The notes under the pieces: model-generated
Seen by the model: the letters and a program-made list of their open reading frames with translations, nothing else
Told to the model about the DNA's origin: nothing
The model's database searches: none
Translations under genes and position numbers: made by a program
DNA from: a virus
Lineage: Duplodnaviria > Caudoviricetes
Virus record (IMG/VR): IMGVR_UViG_3300007735_000758
Coordinates: 1-56,915 of that record
DNA length: 56,915 bases
Direction: 5' to 3' (one strand)
Shown: piece after piece, positions 31,578-41,500 of the stretch
How positions within the stretch are numbered: the first letter of the stretch is position 1
Layout: each line of letters starts with the position of its first letter

Positions 31578-32364
31578 GACCCTTGGCACAGAGGAGGACA
31601 TCATCGACAGGCTTTGGAGTTCTGTCGGGACTGCCTTCCATGCGTTCGCCGAAGAGGCTCTACAACCGTATACCGACGAGTACATCGTCGAAGAGCGGTA
31701 CTACCATACCATAAACGGGTGGGTAGTCACCGGACAAATCGACATCCTCGTCCCCCTTCCTGACGACACCTATTGTATCTACGACTGGAAGGTAACTACC
31801 ATCTCCAAAGTAGAGAAGGGAGTGCCAGCAGAATGGGAGGCACAGCTAAACTGCTATGCCCACATCGTGCGCCAGAATACTGGGCGCAGAGTGAGCCAAG
31901 CAAAGATCGTTGCCATCACCAGGGACCACGGTCGCAACCCGTTCAACCCTGAGCAGAAGCCACCGATTCAGATCCTAGACGTGCGTCTATGGGCAGACCA
32001 ACAACAGGAGGAATACCTTACCCAACGAGTACGAGAACACCAGAAAGCAGAGGAGGCACACGCCTTCGGAGATCCTCTCCCCTACTGCACCGATCAGGAA
32101 CAGTGGCGCACCCCTGACCGCTTCGCCGTTATGAGTCCCGATGCAACAAGAGCGCATCGCGTATTCGATACGCAAGAAGAAGCGGAACAGAAAGCCGCAC
32201 AGATTCGAGGCGGATGGGTAGAGATCCGCACCGGAACCGCACGGCGTTGCGAAGGCAACTACTGCGGCGTCAACAAGAACTGCGACCAACGCAGGAAAGA
32301 AGTATCAGAAGCACTAATTAATATCGTTCAAGCAAACAAGACCAAACTAAAGAGGAAGAAGTAA
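31438..32364 (+). CDS. PD-(D/E)xK exonuclease, Cas4/AddB-like
   Basis: GTAFH, GQID, DWK, QLNCYA, and a C-terminal Cys cluster RCEGNYCGVNKNC. Confidence 0.85.
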   Translation: MPSKTFWNRHNLPDPVAAVLAYDGYNRGNSHISVTGLIQPPRIRILKTLGTEEDIIDRLWSSVGTAFHAFAEEALQPYTDEYIVEERYYHTINGWVVTGQIDILVPLPDDTYCIYDWKVTTISKVEKGVPAEWEAQLNCYAHIVRQNTGRRVSQAKIVAITRDHGRNPFNPEQKPPIQILDVRLWADQQQEEYLTQRVREHQKAEEAHAFGDPLPYCTDQEQWRTPDRFAVMSPDATRAHRVFDTQEEAEQKAAQIRGGWVEIRTGTARRCEGNYCGVNKNCDQRRKEVSEALINIVQANKTKLKRKK

Positions 32365-33074
32365 TGGAAACATTAACTGATAAGGCAATCGAGACAGTAC
32401 CTGTAGATAAACTACAGGTGATCGCTGCTATCGGCAAGACGATGGCAGGCATTAGCTTTGTACACAAAGCTGGGAAGAACGAGTTCCACGGGTACAAGTA
32501 CGCAACGGAGGGAGATGCTCTCGCTGCACTGCGTCCCCATCTGATCGAGAACGGACTCATCATCATTTCCGATGTCCTGAATGTAGTAGGCCCAGACGAA
32601 TACGGCAACACCACTGTTAAGGTCAACTACCGGATCATCCACGAGATGGGAGGGGAGATCTCCTGCAACTTCTTCGGATGCGGCAACGACAAGAACAAGA
32701 ACGGAATCGGAGACAAGGGTCTGTACAAAGCCCTGACCGGAGCCAACAAGTACTTCCTGCTGAAGACCTTCCAGCTTGAAACGGGCGACGATCCCGAACG
32801 CGACGAGAACCAGATCGCAGAGTTTACCCCGCAGCCGAAAGCCAAGGTTACCCCCAAGGCTAAACCCACTCCTGCCCCCGAAGCAGAGCCAACCGATGTC
32901 GATGCTCTGATGGCGCAGATCCAGGACGAGTTGGAACACTGCTCCTCGAAGGAAGAGGCCCGACAAGTATGGGTTCGCTACAACCAACAGATCAATCAAG
33001 TCAAACTCCAAGCTCCTAACCGGGAGCAGGAACTGACCCAGATGTTTATCACCGCAGCAAATAAACTCAAGTAA
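32364..33074 (+). CDS. erf: ERF-family ssDNA annealing protein
   Basis: K.GKN.FHGYKY, GDKGLYKALTGANKY.L...F....DDPE. Confidence 0.85.
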   Translation: METLTDKAIETVPVDKLQVIAAIGKTMAGISFVHKAGKNEFHGYKYATEGDALAALRPHLIENGLIIISDVLNVVGPDEYGNTTVKVNYRIIHEMGGEISCNFFGCGNDKNKNGIGDKGLYKALTGANKYFLLKTFQLETGDDPERDENQIAEFTPQPKAKVTPKAKPTPAPEAEPTDVDALMAQIQDELEHCSSKEEARQVWVRYNQQINQVKLQAPNREQELTQMFITAANKLK

Positions 33075-33083
33075 AGGACCAAC

Positions 33084-33368
33084 ATGGAAAACAAGTTTTT
33101 AGATTCCGGCGCTCTCTTTTTGAACGACCGCAAGCAGAATGAAAAGGCTCCCGACTGGAAGGGCGATGTCGAGTTCAGCACCGATCTCGTCATGCATCTC
33201 TACGGGGAATGCCAGAAAGGCAACAGCCCCAAGGTTGCCCTCGCAGGGTGGAACCGTAAGACGAAAACGGGGAAACCCTTTGTCTCCGTCAAAGTCTCCG
33301 CTCCCTTCACCCCGAAGGAATCCGCTATCGTCTCTGCCCCGAAGGCCGCTAAGAACCCCTGGGAATAG
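33084..33368 (+). CDS. Putative ssDNA-binding protein
   Basis: SGALFLN.RK.NEKAPDWKG...LAGW...GKPFVSVKVS; follows erf. Confidence 0.7.
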   Translation: MENKFLDSGALFLNDRKQNEKAPDWKGDVEFSTDLVMHLYGECQKGNSPKVALAGWNRKTKTGKPFVSVKVSAPFTPKESAIVSAPKAAKNPWE

Positions 33369-33857
33369 ATGATGCACGATTCCGTACTGGCAATAGATCC
33401 CGGCCCCGTCAAGACCGCCTATGCCCTCGTAAGGCGAAAAGACAGGCATCTCTATGCCTTCGGAATCTGCAATAACCAAGAGCTTCTGCAACGCCTAGAG
33501 CAACTACTGCCTGCTGATGTGGCAATCGAAATGATTGCCTCGTACGGCATGGCAGTAGGGGCCGAGGTGTTCGAGACGTGCGTGTGGATCGGGAGAATTA
33601 TGCAGCACCTAGAATCTCATGGCGCTGACAATGTCTCCCGAATCTTCCGGCGCGAAGTGAAGATCGCTATGTGCGGGTCGATGAAAGCGAAAGACGCAAA
33701 CGTCCGTCAAGCCATCATCGACTCGTATCAGACTAACCAATCCACCGATGTGACAAAAAAAGGTGGCCCACTCTACAAGGTATCGAAGGACGTGTGGGCT
33801 GCTATCGGTGTCGCCCTATCCCAAATAGAAAAGGACAAGAATAGTCAAAATGGTTGA
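33369..33857 (+). CDS. RuvC-like Holliday junction resolvase
   Basis: VLAIDPG, VAIE, and C-terminal DVWAAIGVA. Confidence 0.75.
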   Translation: MMHDSVLAIDPGPVKTAYALVRRKDRHLYAFGICNNQELLQRLEQLLPADVAIEMIASYGMAVGAEVFETCVWIGRIMQHLESHGADNVSRIFRREVKIAMCGSMKAKDANVRQAIIDSYQTNQSTDVTKKGGPLYKVSKDVWAAIGVALSQIEKDKNSQNG

Positions 33858-34155
33858 AGGAATACTTGGATTTATCATGTTGATAGTCATGGGAGGTGGT
33901 ATATTTGTATGGCTATTTATACGAGAAAATGGAAGAGCATACGCATGGGGGAGAATCGCTGCTCGTGCAAAAGCAAACTATGAAGCTGCTGTCTTGAGAG
34001 AGCGGCGGGACACAGAACTGAAGCAACAGATCATCAAGGAGATCAAACATGAAGAAGGTAACAACACAAGTACGAAAACAGAAGCTGATTGGCAAGTCTA
34101 TGAGAACACTCGCCGATCTGGTGCTGTCCAACCAACTCATGCCGGAACACGTTGA
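33850..34155 (+). CDS. N-terminal TM protein
   Basis: Hydrophobic N-terminus followed by a coiled coil. Confidence 0.6.
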   Translation: MVEGILGFIMLIVMGGGIFVWLFIRENGRAYAWGRIAARAKANYEAAVLRERRDTELKQQIIKEIKHEEGNNTSTKTEADWQVYENTRRSGAVQPTHAGTR

Positions 34156-34228
34156 ACGTGAACTCGCTAGGGTATTCGATCTGGCTACTCGCTACGCAAA
34201 GGAAATCAAAACAAAAAATGAGAATTAA
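34049..34228 (+). CDS. 59-aa hypothetical protein (absent from the ORF track)
   Basis: SD AAGGAG; MKKVTTQVRKQKLIGKSMRTLADLVLSNQLMPEHVERELARVFDLATRYAKEIKTKNEN. Confidence 0.55.
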   Translation: MKKVTTQVRKQKLIGKSMRTLADLVLSNQLMPEHVERELARVFDLATRYAKEIKTKNEN

Positions 34229-34667
34229 ACTGAAGACCTCAAACGCATCTGTTCGCATCCCGATCTACGCACACGGCGCTGACGAAGATGCAGGCATGGA
34301 CCTCTATGCCGACGAGACGGTATACCTTGTTCCTGGAGAACCGTTGCTGGTAAAGACTGGCCTCTCTATCGAACTTCCTCCAGGCTACGAGGCGCAGATC
34401 CGCTCTCGCTCAGGCATGGCACTGAAGCAGGGAGTGATTGTCCTAAATGCTCCTGGCACGATTGACCCCTCCTACCGGGGGGAGATCGGCGTCATCCTTC
34501 TGTGGAACGGGTACAAGCAGGTCGGCAATCAATCGTTGATGATCGAGAAGGGAACTCGCATCGCTCAGATGGTAGTGGCACAATACGAAGAGATCGAGTT
34601 TGAAACCGCCGAAGCACTATCGTCTACCGACAGAGGAGCAGGAGGCTTCGGTTCGACCGGAGCCTAA
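34218..34667 (+). CDS. dut: Trimeric dUTPase
   Basis: AGMDL, RSRSG, GTIDPSYRGEI, RIAQMV, RGAGGFGSTG. Confidence 0.97.
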   Translation: MRIKLKTSNASVRIPIYAHGADEDAGMDLYADETVYLVPGEPLLVKTGLSIELPPGYEAQIRSRSGMALKQGVIVLNAPGTIDPSYRGEIGVILLWNGYKQVGNQSLMIEKGTRIAQMVVAQYEEIEFETAEALSSTDRGAGGFGSTGA

Positions 34668-35131
34668 TGCAGTCTAAGAACTTCTCAAGCAACGAATTGA
34701 TGTGCAGACATTGCAAAAAGGCGGGGATCACCCCCGCCTTTCTTTCTGTCATGCAAGAGTTTAGAGACTTCCTGGGGAAGCCTCTTACCGTAACCAGCGC
34801 ATACCGTTGCCCCGATCACCCCATTGAAAAGGCAAAGGGCGCAGCCCCTGGACGACACACTCTAGGGGTAGCAGTAGATTGGTTCTGCCCAGAACTAAAC
34901 CTACAAGATCTCTACAGAGAAGTAGAGAGGTTTGGAAAGTTCCAAGGAGTAGGAGTATCTATCCAAGGGAACTTCATACATTGCGACACACGAGACAGGA
35001 GAACAAGATGGCAGTATCTAAGAAACGGGACAAGTACCCAGTGGGATGGCAGATGGGAAACCCTGACGCTATCGCAGAAGAACCTGAGGAACGCATCCTC
35101 CCCCGCAAAGGACAACCGATCAGGATCATAA
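34667..35131 (+). CDS. Peptidase M15A endolysin
   Basis: NFS..EL.C, VTSAYRCP.H, HTLGVAVD, FIHCDTR. Confidence 0.85.
   Translation: MQSKNFSSNELMCRHCKKAGITPAFLSVMQEFRDFLGKPLTVTSAYRCPDHPIEKAKGAAPGRHTLGVAVDWFCPELNLQDLYREVERFGKFQGVGVSIQGNFIHCDTRDRRTRWQYLRNGTSTQWDGRWETLTLSQKNLRNASSPAKDNRSGS
34717..34747 (+). terminator. Intragenic terminator-like hairpin within the endolysin gene
   Basis: AAAGGCGGGG-ATCAC-CCCCGCCTTT followed by CTTTCT. Confidence 0.5.
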
Positions 35132-35517
35132 TCAACGATCCCTTTATGCCGGAAAGCATGACGGCTAAAGGGGAGCATGGAGAAATCGTACAGAAGAGAG
35201 ATGCTAGCGCAGCGATGTATCGCATCGCTGCAACGATCTCCACCAGTCTCAAGTTCCTCCCCCTAAAAGCAGTTAAACTATCCATCATCAAAGAGGATAC
35301 ATACGGCATCCAGGACTACAGTGCGTTCCTAGATGTTTGCGTTCGCATCCTCTGGAGGGCTGGAGTAATCGACTGCATGACAGGATCCAGCGTAAAGTCT
35401 GTCGAGATGACACACAACAAGACAGACCGGAGGAAGGTTGTCATCCTGGTCACCCCTCTTAAAACCCGAGAAGTTTTGATAGACCAACTCGAAAACGAAG
35501 CGGCAACTCTGATTTGA
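35053..35517 (+). CDS. Hypothetical protein, possibly a degenerate RusA fold (start uncertain)
   Basis: LKAVKLSI...QDYSAFLD...L.RAGVID...V...KVVILVTP. Confidence 0.45.
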   Translation: MGNPDAIAEEPEERILPRKGQPIRIIINDPFMPESMTAKGEHGEIVQKRDASAAMYRIAATISTSLKFLPLKAVKLSIIKEDTYGIQDYSAFLDVCVRILWRAGVIDCMTGSSVKSVEMTHNKTDRRKVVILVTPLKTREVLIDQLENEAATLI

Positions 35518-38500
35518 GATCTTTGATCTCAGAAGAAAGCGAGACGATCTCTTCTTGAATAGAGTTGAGTTCGTCTCGTTTCTGTTCTGGAGACATATCT
35601 TCAGCCGCAAGAACAGTACGCTTCATGCGGTTCAATGCTTGAACCCGTTTCAGGGTAGGCTGAATAGCCTTGTCGATGTACAGCATAGAGCGAAGCTCAT
35701 CCTGGCGCTCAGGAGACATCTCCCTCTGCCCTCTGGATACTGCTCTCAGAGTGGCTACTGCCATATTCGCAGCCTCATCCAGCTCGTACAGATCCTCGAC
35801 AGCCTTGCGTCCATTAGCACTGCGGAATAGCTGACCGATCCCAGGAAGAAGGTACGGTTCGCTAAAGCGAATACGCTCAGGCTTAGGAGCAGCTTTGCCT
35901 TCTTCGAGAATCATGCCGATAATATCAGCGGTCATAGCGCCAAGAGATCCCGTATAACCACGAATCAAATGATCCAGCTTTACTGGGGATACACCCATAG
36001 CTTGACCTGCCATCTTATAAACCTCAGAAGTGTATTCGGTGTAACGCTCTTCAGGAAGAAGCCGTTGAAGATAAGCGTTCTCGATAGGCTTCTGAGTGTA
36101 CATATCAAAGTTGGCAGTATGCTCAAAGTACGGACGAAAAATTTGAGGGATAGGGTTCATGCTTAACGTAGCAAGCAATCCACGAGCCATTGCATCTACT
36201 AATTCTGGGCCATCATCCAGGCCCCTATAGTAGGAAACCAATCTCTCAGGGAACATCTTAGTAACAAGGCCAAGCTCCTGAGGGATGGGAAACTTTAAGA
36301 CAGTTCCCTCTTTTATTCCAGGAATCCAGTCTATAGGAACAAAGATATTACTATCTCGCTCTTCATCTGTTGCATTCAGCCAAGCCTTAGTGCCTGAGAT
36401 TAAAACAGCATAAACCCCCGAAAGAGCAGAGACGTAAGCCATTCGGGTATAGACCGCTTTCTTTGAACTTCCTGTCAGTTCAGTAGGGATCATCTTGTCG
36501 CCCTTCAGGGTGCGATAAGCAACATCTAAACCCTGGAGCCGAGCATTAAAGAATGGCAGCAAAGCAATCGCTACCTGCGCGCCACGAGATGTGCCACGCC
36601 GAGAGAAGTTAATAGTCTCCATCGCGGCGAACAAAGCCTCCGCTTCATCTCCAGTCTTTTCTAATGCATTTTTGTATGCCTGAACACGACTGATTCCTTC
36701 AGACTTATCTGCTGCATTCTCAAGTATGTCGTAGAACTTTTTATAGAAAGCTCTCTGCTCAACTCCAATCTTTTCTCGAATTGATTTTGCAGCAGATGCA
36801 ATGTTTTGAGTTCGAATGCCAGACCCAGCAATACCAGCACCTTGCAGCGCACGGTATTCAGGAGAGTTTTGCAACACAGAAGTAATGCCTTTAACGTATT
36901 CGCCAACAGGAGGCGTAAGGTCAGATCCAAAGCCGCCCTGCATCCATACCTGTAAAGTATCTCGAATTGGATTTTTTAGAATAAACGAAGGAGTCGTAGT
37001 AACCCCGCGCCGAAGTGCTGTAGTAAACGATCCCATCATCTTCAGCGCATCCTGCACCGGGATAGTAGACTTTGCAACGGCATCGTACACCAGCGGATCA
37101 TCAACCTGATAGAACTTCTTGACACCGTTCTCTCGAATGCTGATGACATTCGACCCAGGATCTTCCTTGGCGCGACGTTTAGTCTTCTCGTCGATAGGTA
37201 GTTCTTTTATATACCCAGTTGTAATGCCATCCCTTACGATTCGTTCACCTGCTACGTTCTTCATAGCAGTGCCGATCATGAAGTAGGTGTTGTAGATGAT
37301 GTTCTCCATGGCATCGTTGACACGGAGGTTGCGCCCAGACAATGACTTTGCGGCAGCTAGATTCGTCGCCTTTGTTCCAACCTTCGGCGCGTCCACCTCT
37401 CCCGTTTCAACGTCTCCATCCTGAGTCTTGACAGTAGGCAAACGATAGAAAGGAATGTAGTAGGATTGCTTCCACGACTCTGCCATTTTTTTGTCAATGA
37501 AACCACTCTTCCTTAAGACATCAATCAAGTTATCGTTGAATGCCTTGAAGCGTTTCATTGCATCGTCGATGACTTTATCGTCCTTAAAAGCATCCCATGT
37601 GCGTCTGACATCCTCGATCTTAACTACGCCACCAGGATCTCTGTTTTGTCCTTCCGCAAGATCCAGGTAGCGCCGAGCATATGCTGCCTCAAAGAACTCT
37701 TCCAGCTTGTTAGCAAACCCAGATTGAGATGCAGGCATAGCAGCCAACTCTCCAAAGAGTTTGATCGGAGAGTTCTTTTCATTCTCTACAGCACGAAAGA
37801 TACTTCCGTCATAAGAGAAGCCGCCAAACTCCAAACCTGCCATCGCAATGTCTTGCGCCTTATCGGAGAACAGGAGAGCCTGATAAGCACCGGATGCAGC
37901 AGCAAGGTACTTCCTGTCACCCGTTTGCTCGTATGCTTTAATTGCCCATTCCTTTACAGGATCATACCGATCCAAGAACTTCTGCCGGAAAGAGGAGCGA
38001 CGATCAATCGAGAAGAAGTTGTAGATCTTGTCTACCAAGTTCTCTTTAGAGCGAGGAGAGAAAGCCCGGACCAACCCATCAGGAGTAACAGAAGAAGAAC
38101 TTGAGGCAGAATCCTCATCCTCTGCTAAAGAATACATAATATCTTTAGATGAAGAAGGAGAGCCTTTACCACTATAGGTAATAGCAAACTCAGGTTTAAG
38201 TAATGAAGATGAAAAAGGAGTAATTTTTTTCCTTCTTACTGGAGAAAAGTTGATTCTAGATTCTACATCTCTAGACTCAATTTCCCCGGCAAGCCTATTG
38301 TACAAATGCCAAGACTCCGGGCTTTTCTTCAATACTCTTTTTATATCTTGGATGTTGGACCCACGAAGAATACTTCTCTGGTCTGATGCCCTTGCGATTT
38401 CGTTTTCCAAATCATATCGCGTAGATGATATGTATTTCTTTACTCTGTCATCGTAAGTGTCAGATGGTCCCGCAGAAAAAGGATCTCCACTATCAATTTT

Positions 38501-41500
38501 TTTGAATGCACCCAAAACTTGCTCTGCCAAGAAACGCTGATATTCACGGTTACCCGCCTTGTAACCGTATAAATCAAGAACGCTTTTTGCATATGGCAAG
38601 AGATTGCTTATTCCAGTATAAGGATCGTAAGTGTTAGAGTTATCAAGTATTTCATTTTTAAATGAAAGAAGCATAGTCTGGACTGGCGTTAAGAAATCAA
38701 CACGATCTTCCAAACTGCGTATATCCTCATTAAGCCTTCTCTGCATTGAGGTTGCGGTAAGTTTGATTAGTTTGTCAGAAGCAAACTCAACAGCTACTTC
38801 ATTGTTGCCACCACTTGCAAACCCCTCTTTGTCCTGAATCCAATGCTGCACTTCGTGCATGAGAGTTGATCTCTGCTGTGCAGCAGACTGGCTTGGGTTA
38901 ATAACGATAGCACTTGCATCAGGAACAAAAAAACCCATTGCGTCAATATCATTTAGCTTGAAAACCTTGATGTTCATCAGCTCTGGGTAAGCATCAAACA
39001 ATTCAGGATGATCTAATGCCTCTGCGAGAGTAATACTTCCAAAAGCTGAATAGGGATCTGTTTCGCCTTGTGAGCGCGAGGGCATTTTGAGAAAATCATC
39101 GGTCAGTCTTGCTGACTTGTCTTCAATCTCAAACCTCAGCTTCTTGTCGTATGGGCCTTTGAACCAGCCAGTCGCGAGTCTAATTTGCTCAGGGGTCTTG
39201 CCTTCGGCTTCCATTTGCGAAGCAGCAGCCTTCCGATATGCCATCGTTGCTGATTTTATTGGGTCTGCCTCGTAAGCATTCTCCCCAAGAAATGCGTACA
39301 AAGCCTCTTCTACGGCTTCGTCTTTCTTTTCGGTTGATTTGTTTTTCTGCTGTTTAATTTTACCTTTAGCAGCTTTAGGTTTTTCGGTAGCTACTGGCTC
39401 AGGTGCAGGGCGAACAAACTCAGCAACCTTCCCCGCCGCTGGAATCTTTATCTCCCGTGGTGCAGAGATCTCTTTCCCGGTAATCGTCTGCTCGTAGAAA
39501 GGGGTAAAGCGCCTGCCTCCAATCTCTCCAGACTTGACAGCAGCCAGCACATCCTCAGCCGAGGCATACCCCATCTGTGCAGCAGTGCGACCAAACCCAA
39601 GGAATGCTTCAACTTTTTTGACGAGGCTCTTCGCTACAGGGTCCAACCGTTTAGGATCTACGTTAGAGAAATCAGCAGCAGCTTTAGCAATTGCTTCTTC
39701 CTGCAACAAGCTATTCAAGTCTTTTCGGCTAGCGTAACGATTCCGATAAGCCTTCTCTCTCTCTTCTCCCAAGTACGAGATCTTGAATCGGGTAGTCAGC
39801 ATCTTCCATTCAGCATCGGAAAACAGATTCAATGCCTTCATGCCATGAATAATTTCATGGTCAAGGGTCTTTATCATGTCATCTTTAGTGCGAACCTTGC
39901 CTTCAGGAGAGTATGCAAGATAGATAACTCGATTCAGGTATTGACCATTTGCTGGCTGAACATTCCCCTTTGCATCAAGCAACGCATTAGAAATGCCGAG
40001 AAGAAATAGATCCTCAGCCTTGCGCTTCTTTAGCGCCGCAACAAGATCCGGCGCATACTGCGCTGCAATCTTCTCATCGAACTCAGGTTGCGTTGTCGTA
40101 GTTTGTGCAATGTTGAACAACTGTTCCCCAGTAGGCTGAGGCTGAGGAGTGGGTTCAACCATTTCATACAGAGGGCCTTCAGCCTTAGGCTCAACAAAAT
40201 ACTTTGGCGCTCCTTTGCCCTCTACTTCTTTAAGATCTCCACGCTTCCGCATCAACGCCATCATGCTATTAGCAGCAGGGGCAGGGAGATCAAACGTCTT
40301 TTTAATATAAGTCGTGGTAACAGGAGTGTCAGGGTTAGCCTGCAACACATCCAATACTTGTCTGTATTTAGCTGTAGTGAAGGGCATCCCTTCAAACTGC
40401 TTGCGCTCCAGCATTTCTTCTGGAGTTATCTGGAGGCTTCTAATGTCTCCTTCATCAACTAACTTGCCTACAGTCTCCAGTTCTGAGACAGAGGGAGTAG
40501 CCGAAGGGAAGAAGCTAGGAGTGCTGAGTTTCTCAAGAGGCTTCCCGTAGATTGCCTGCGCTGCACGTTTCTGCCTTACGTCTACAGGCTCAACGCTAGA
40601 TCCCTCTACCCCCATTGCGGTACGGATCTCAGCTTCCTCTACAGCGTCTTGATATTCTTTCTGGTTCAGTTGAACCTGAGTATCGACGAGAGCAGACAGT
40701 TCAAGTTTCTGGTTATCGTTCAGCTTGCCGAGAGATTTATTTAGCTCCTCCCGAGCCAGATAAGAAGCTATTGGGTAGTTATCCTGAATGTTCTTGTTGG
40801 CCGCAGTCAGTTTCTCTTGGCGCTTGTACGTCTCCTCCAGCATGAGATCGACAAACGTAGGGATGTCTTTAGCTTCTACGTCAGCCAAAGACTCAATACC
40901 CATCTGAGAGAAGACAGTATCTGCTACCTCAGGGTTTTGATTGACAAACTTAGTAGCGTCTTTCAGATCCTTCTTAGCTTTAATCTCCAAGCCTTTTTCG
41001 TAAAAAAGACGAGAAGCCTCGTTGGATCTTTGAGTTTGTTCTTCTAGTTCTTGAAGTTGCTTATCAGCAAAGTCAATATCCTGCTGCGTAGCTCCAGCAG
41101 GGAGAGTAATCATTCTCCCGGAAGGAGCCACGACTTGCGTATATTCTCCACCAGGAGGTAGCTGCTTCTGGAACCCAGACTTCTGCTTCTCTATTTCTTG
41201 CTCAATGTACGCACGACCAGCCGCCCGTCCAGCCTCCTCACTCTCTATACGGCTTTTCTCTACTTCTTGAACGACTTGTTCGATTTCTTCATCAGTTGCA
41301 TTTGACCTAACAGTAACGGTCCCTACCCTTGTATTCACATCACGAACAGAGCCACCGGGAGGGAGTAATCCTCTTATGCCCTCAGGAACTTCTCCTGCTT
41401 TGGCAATAGACTCTTCAATCTTCCTTACGCCTTTCTCTTTCGGCGTCTCCCTGTCTACAACACGCTGCTTTCCTGTGACAGGATCAATGAATACCGTAGT

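Noticed and set aside
31438-32364. Cas4-like gene as part of a CRISPR system
   Set aside because: Its context (ERF, SSB, resolvase) indicates a recombination exonuclease.
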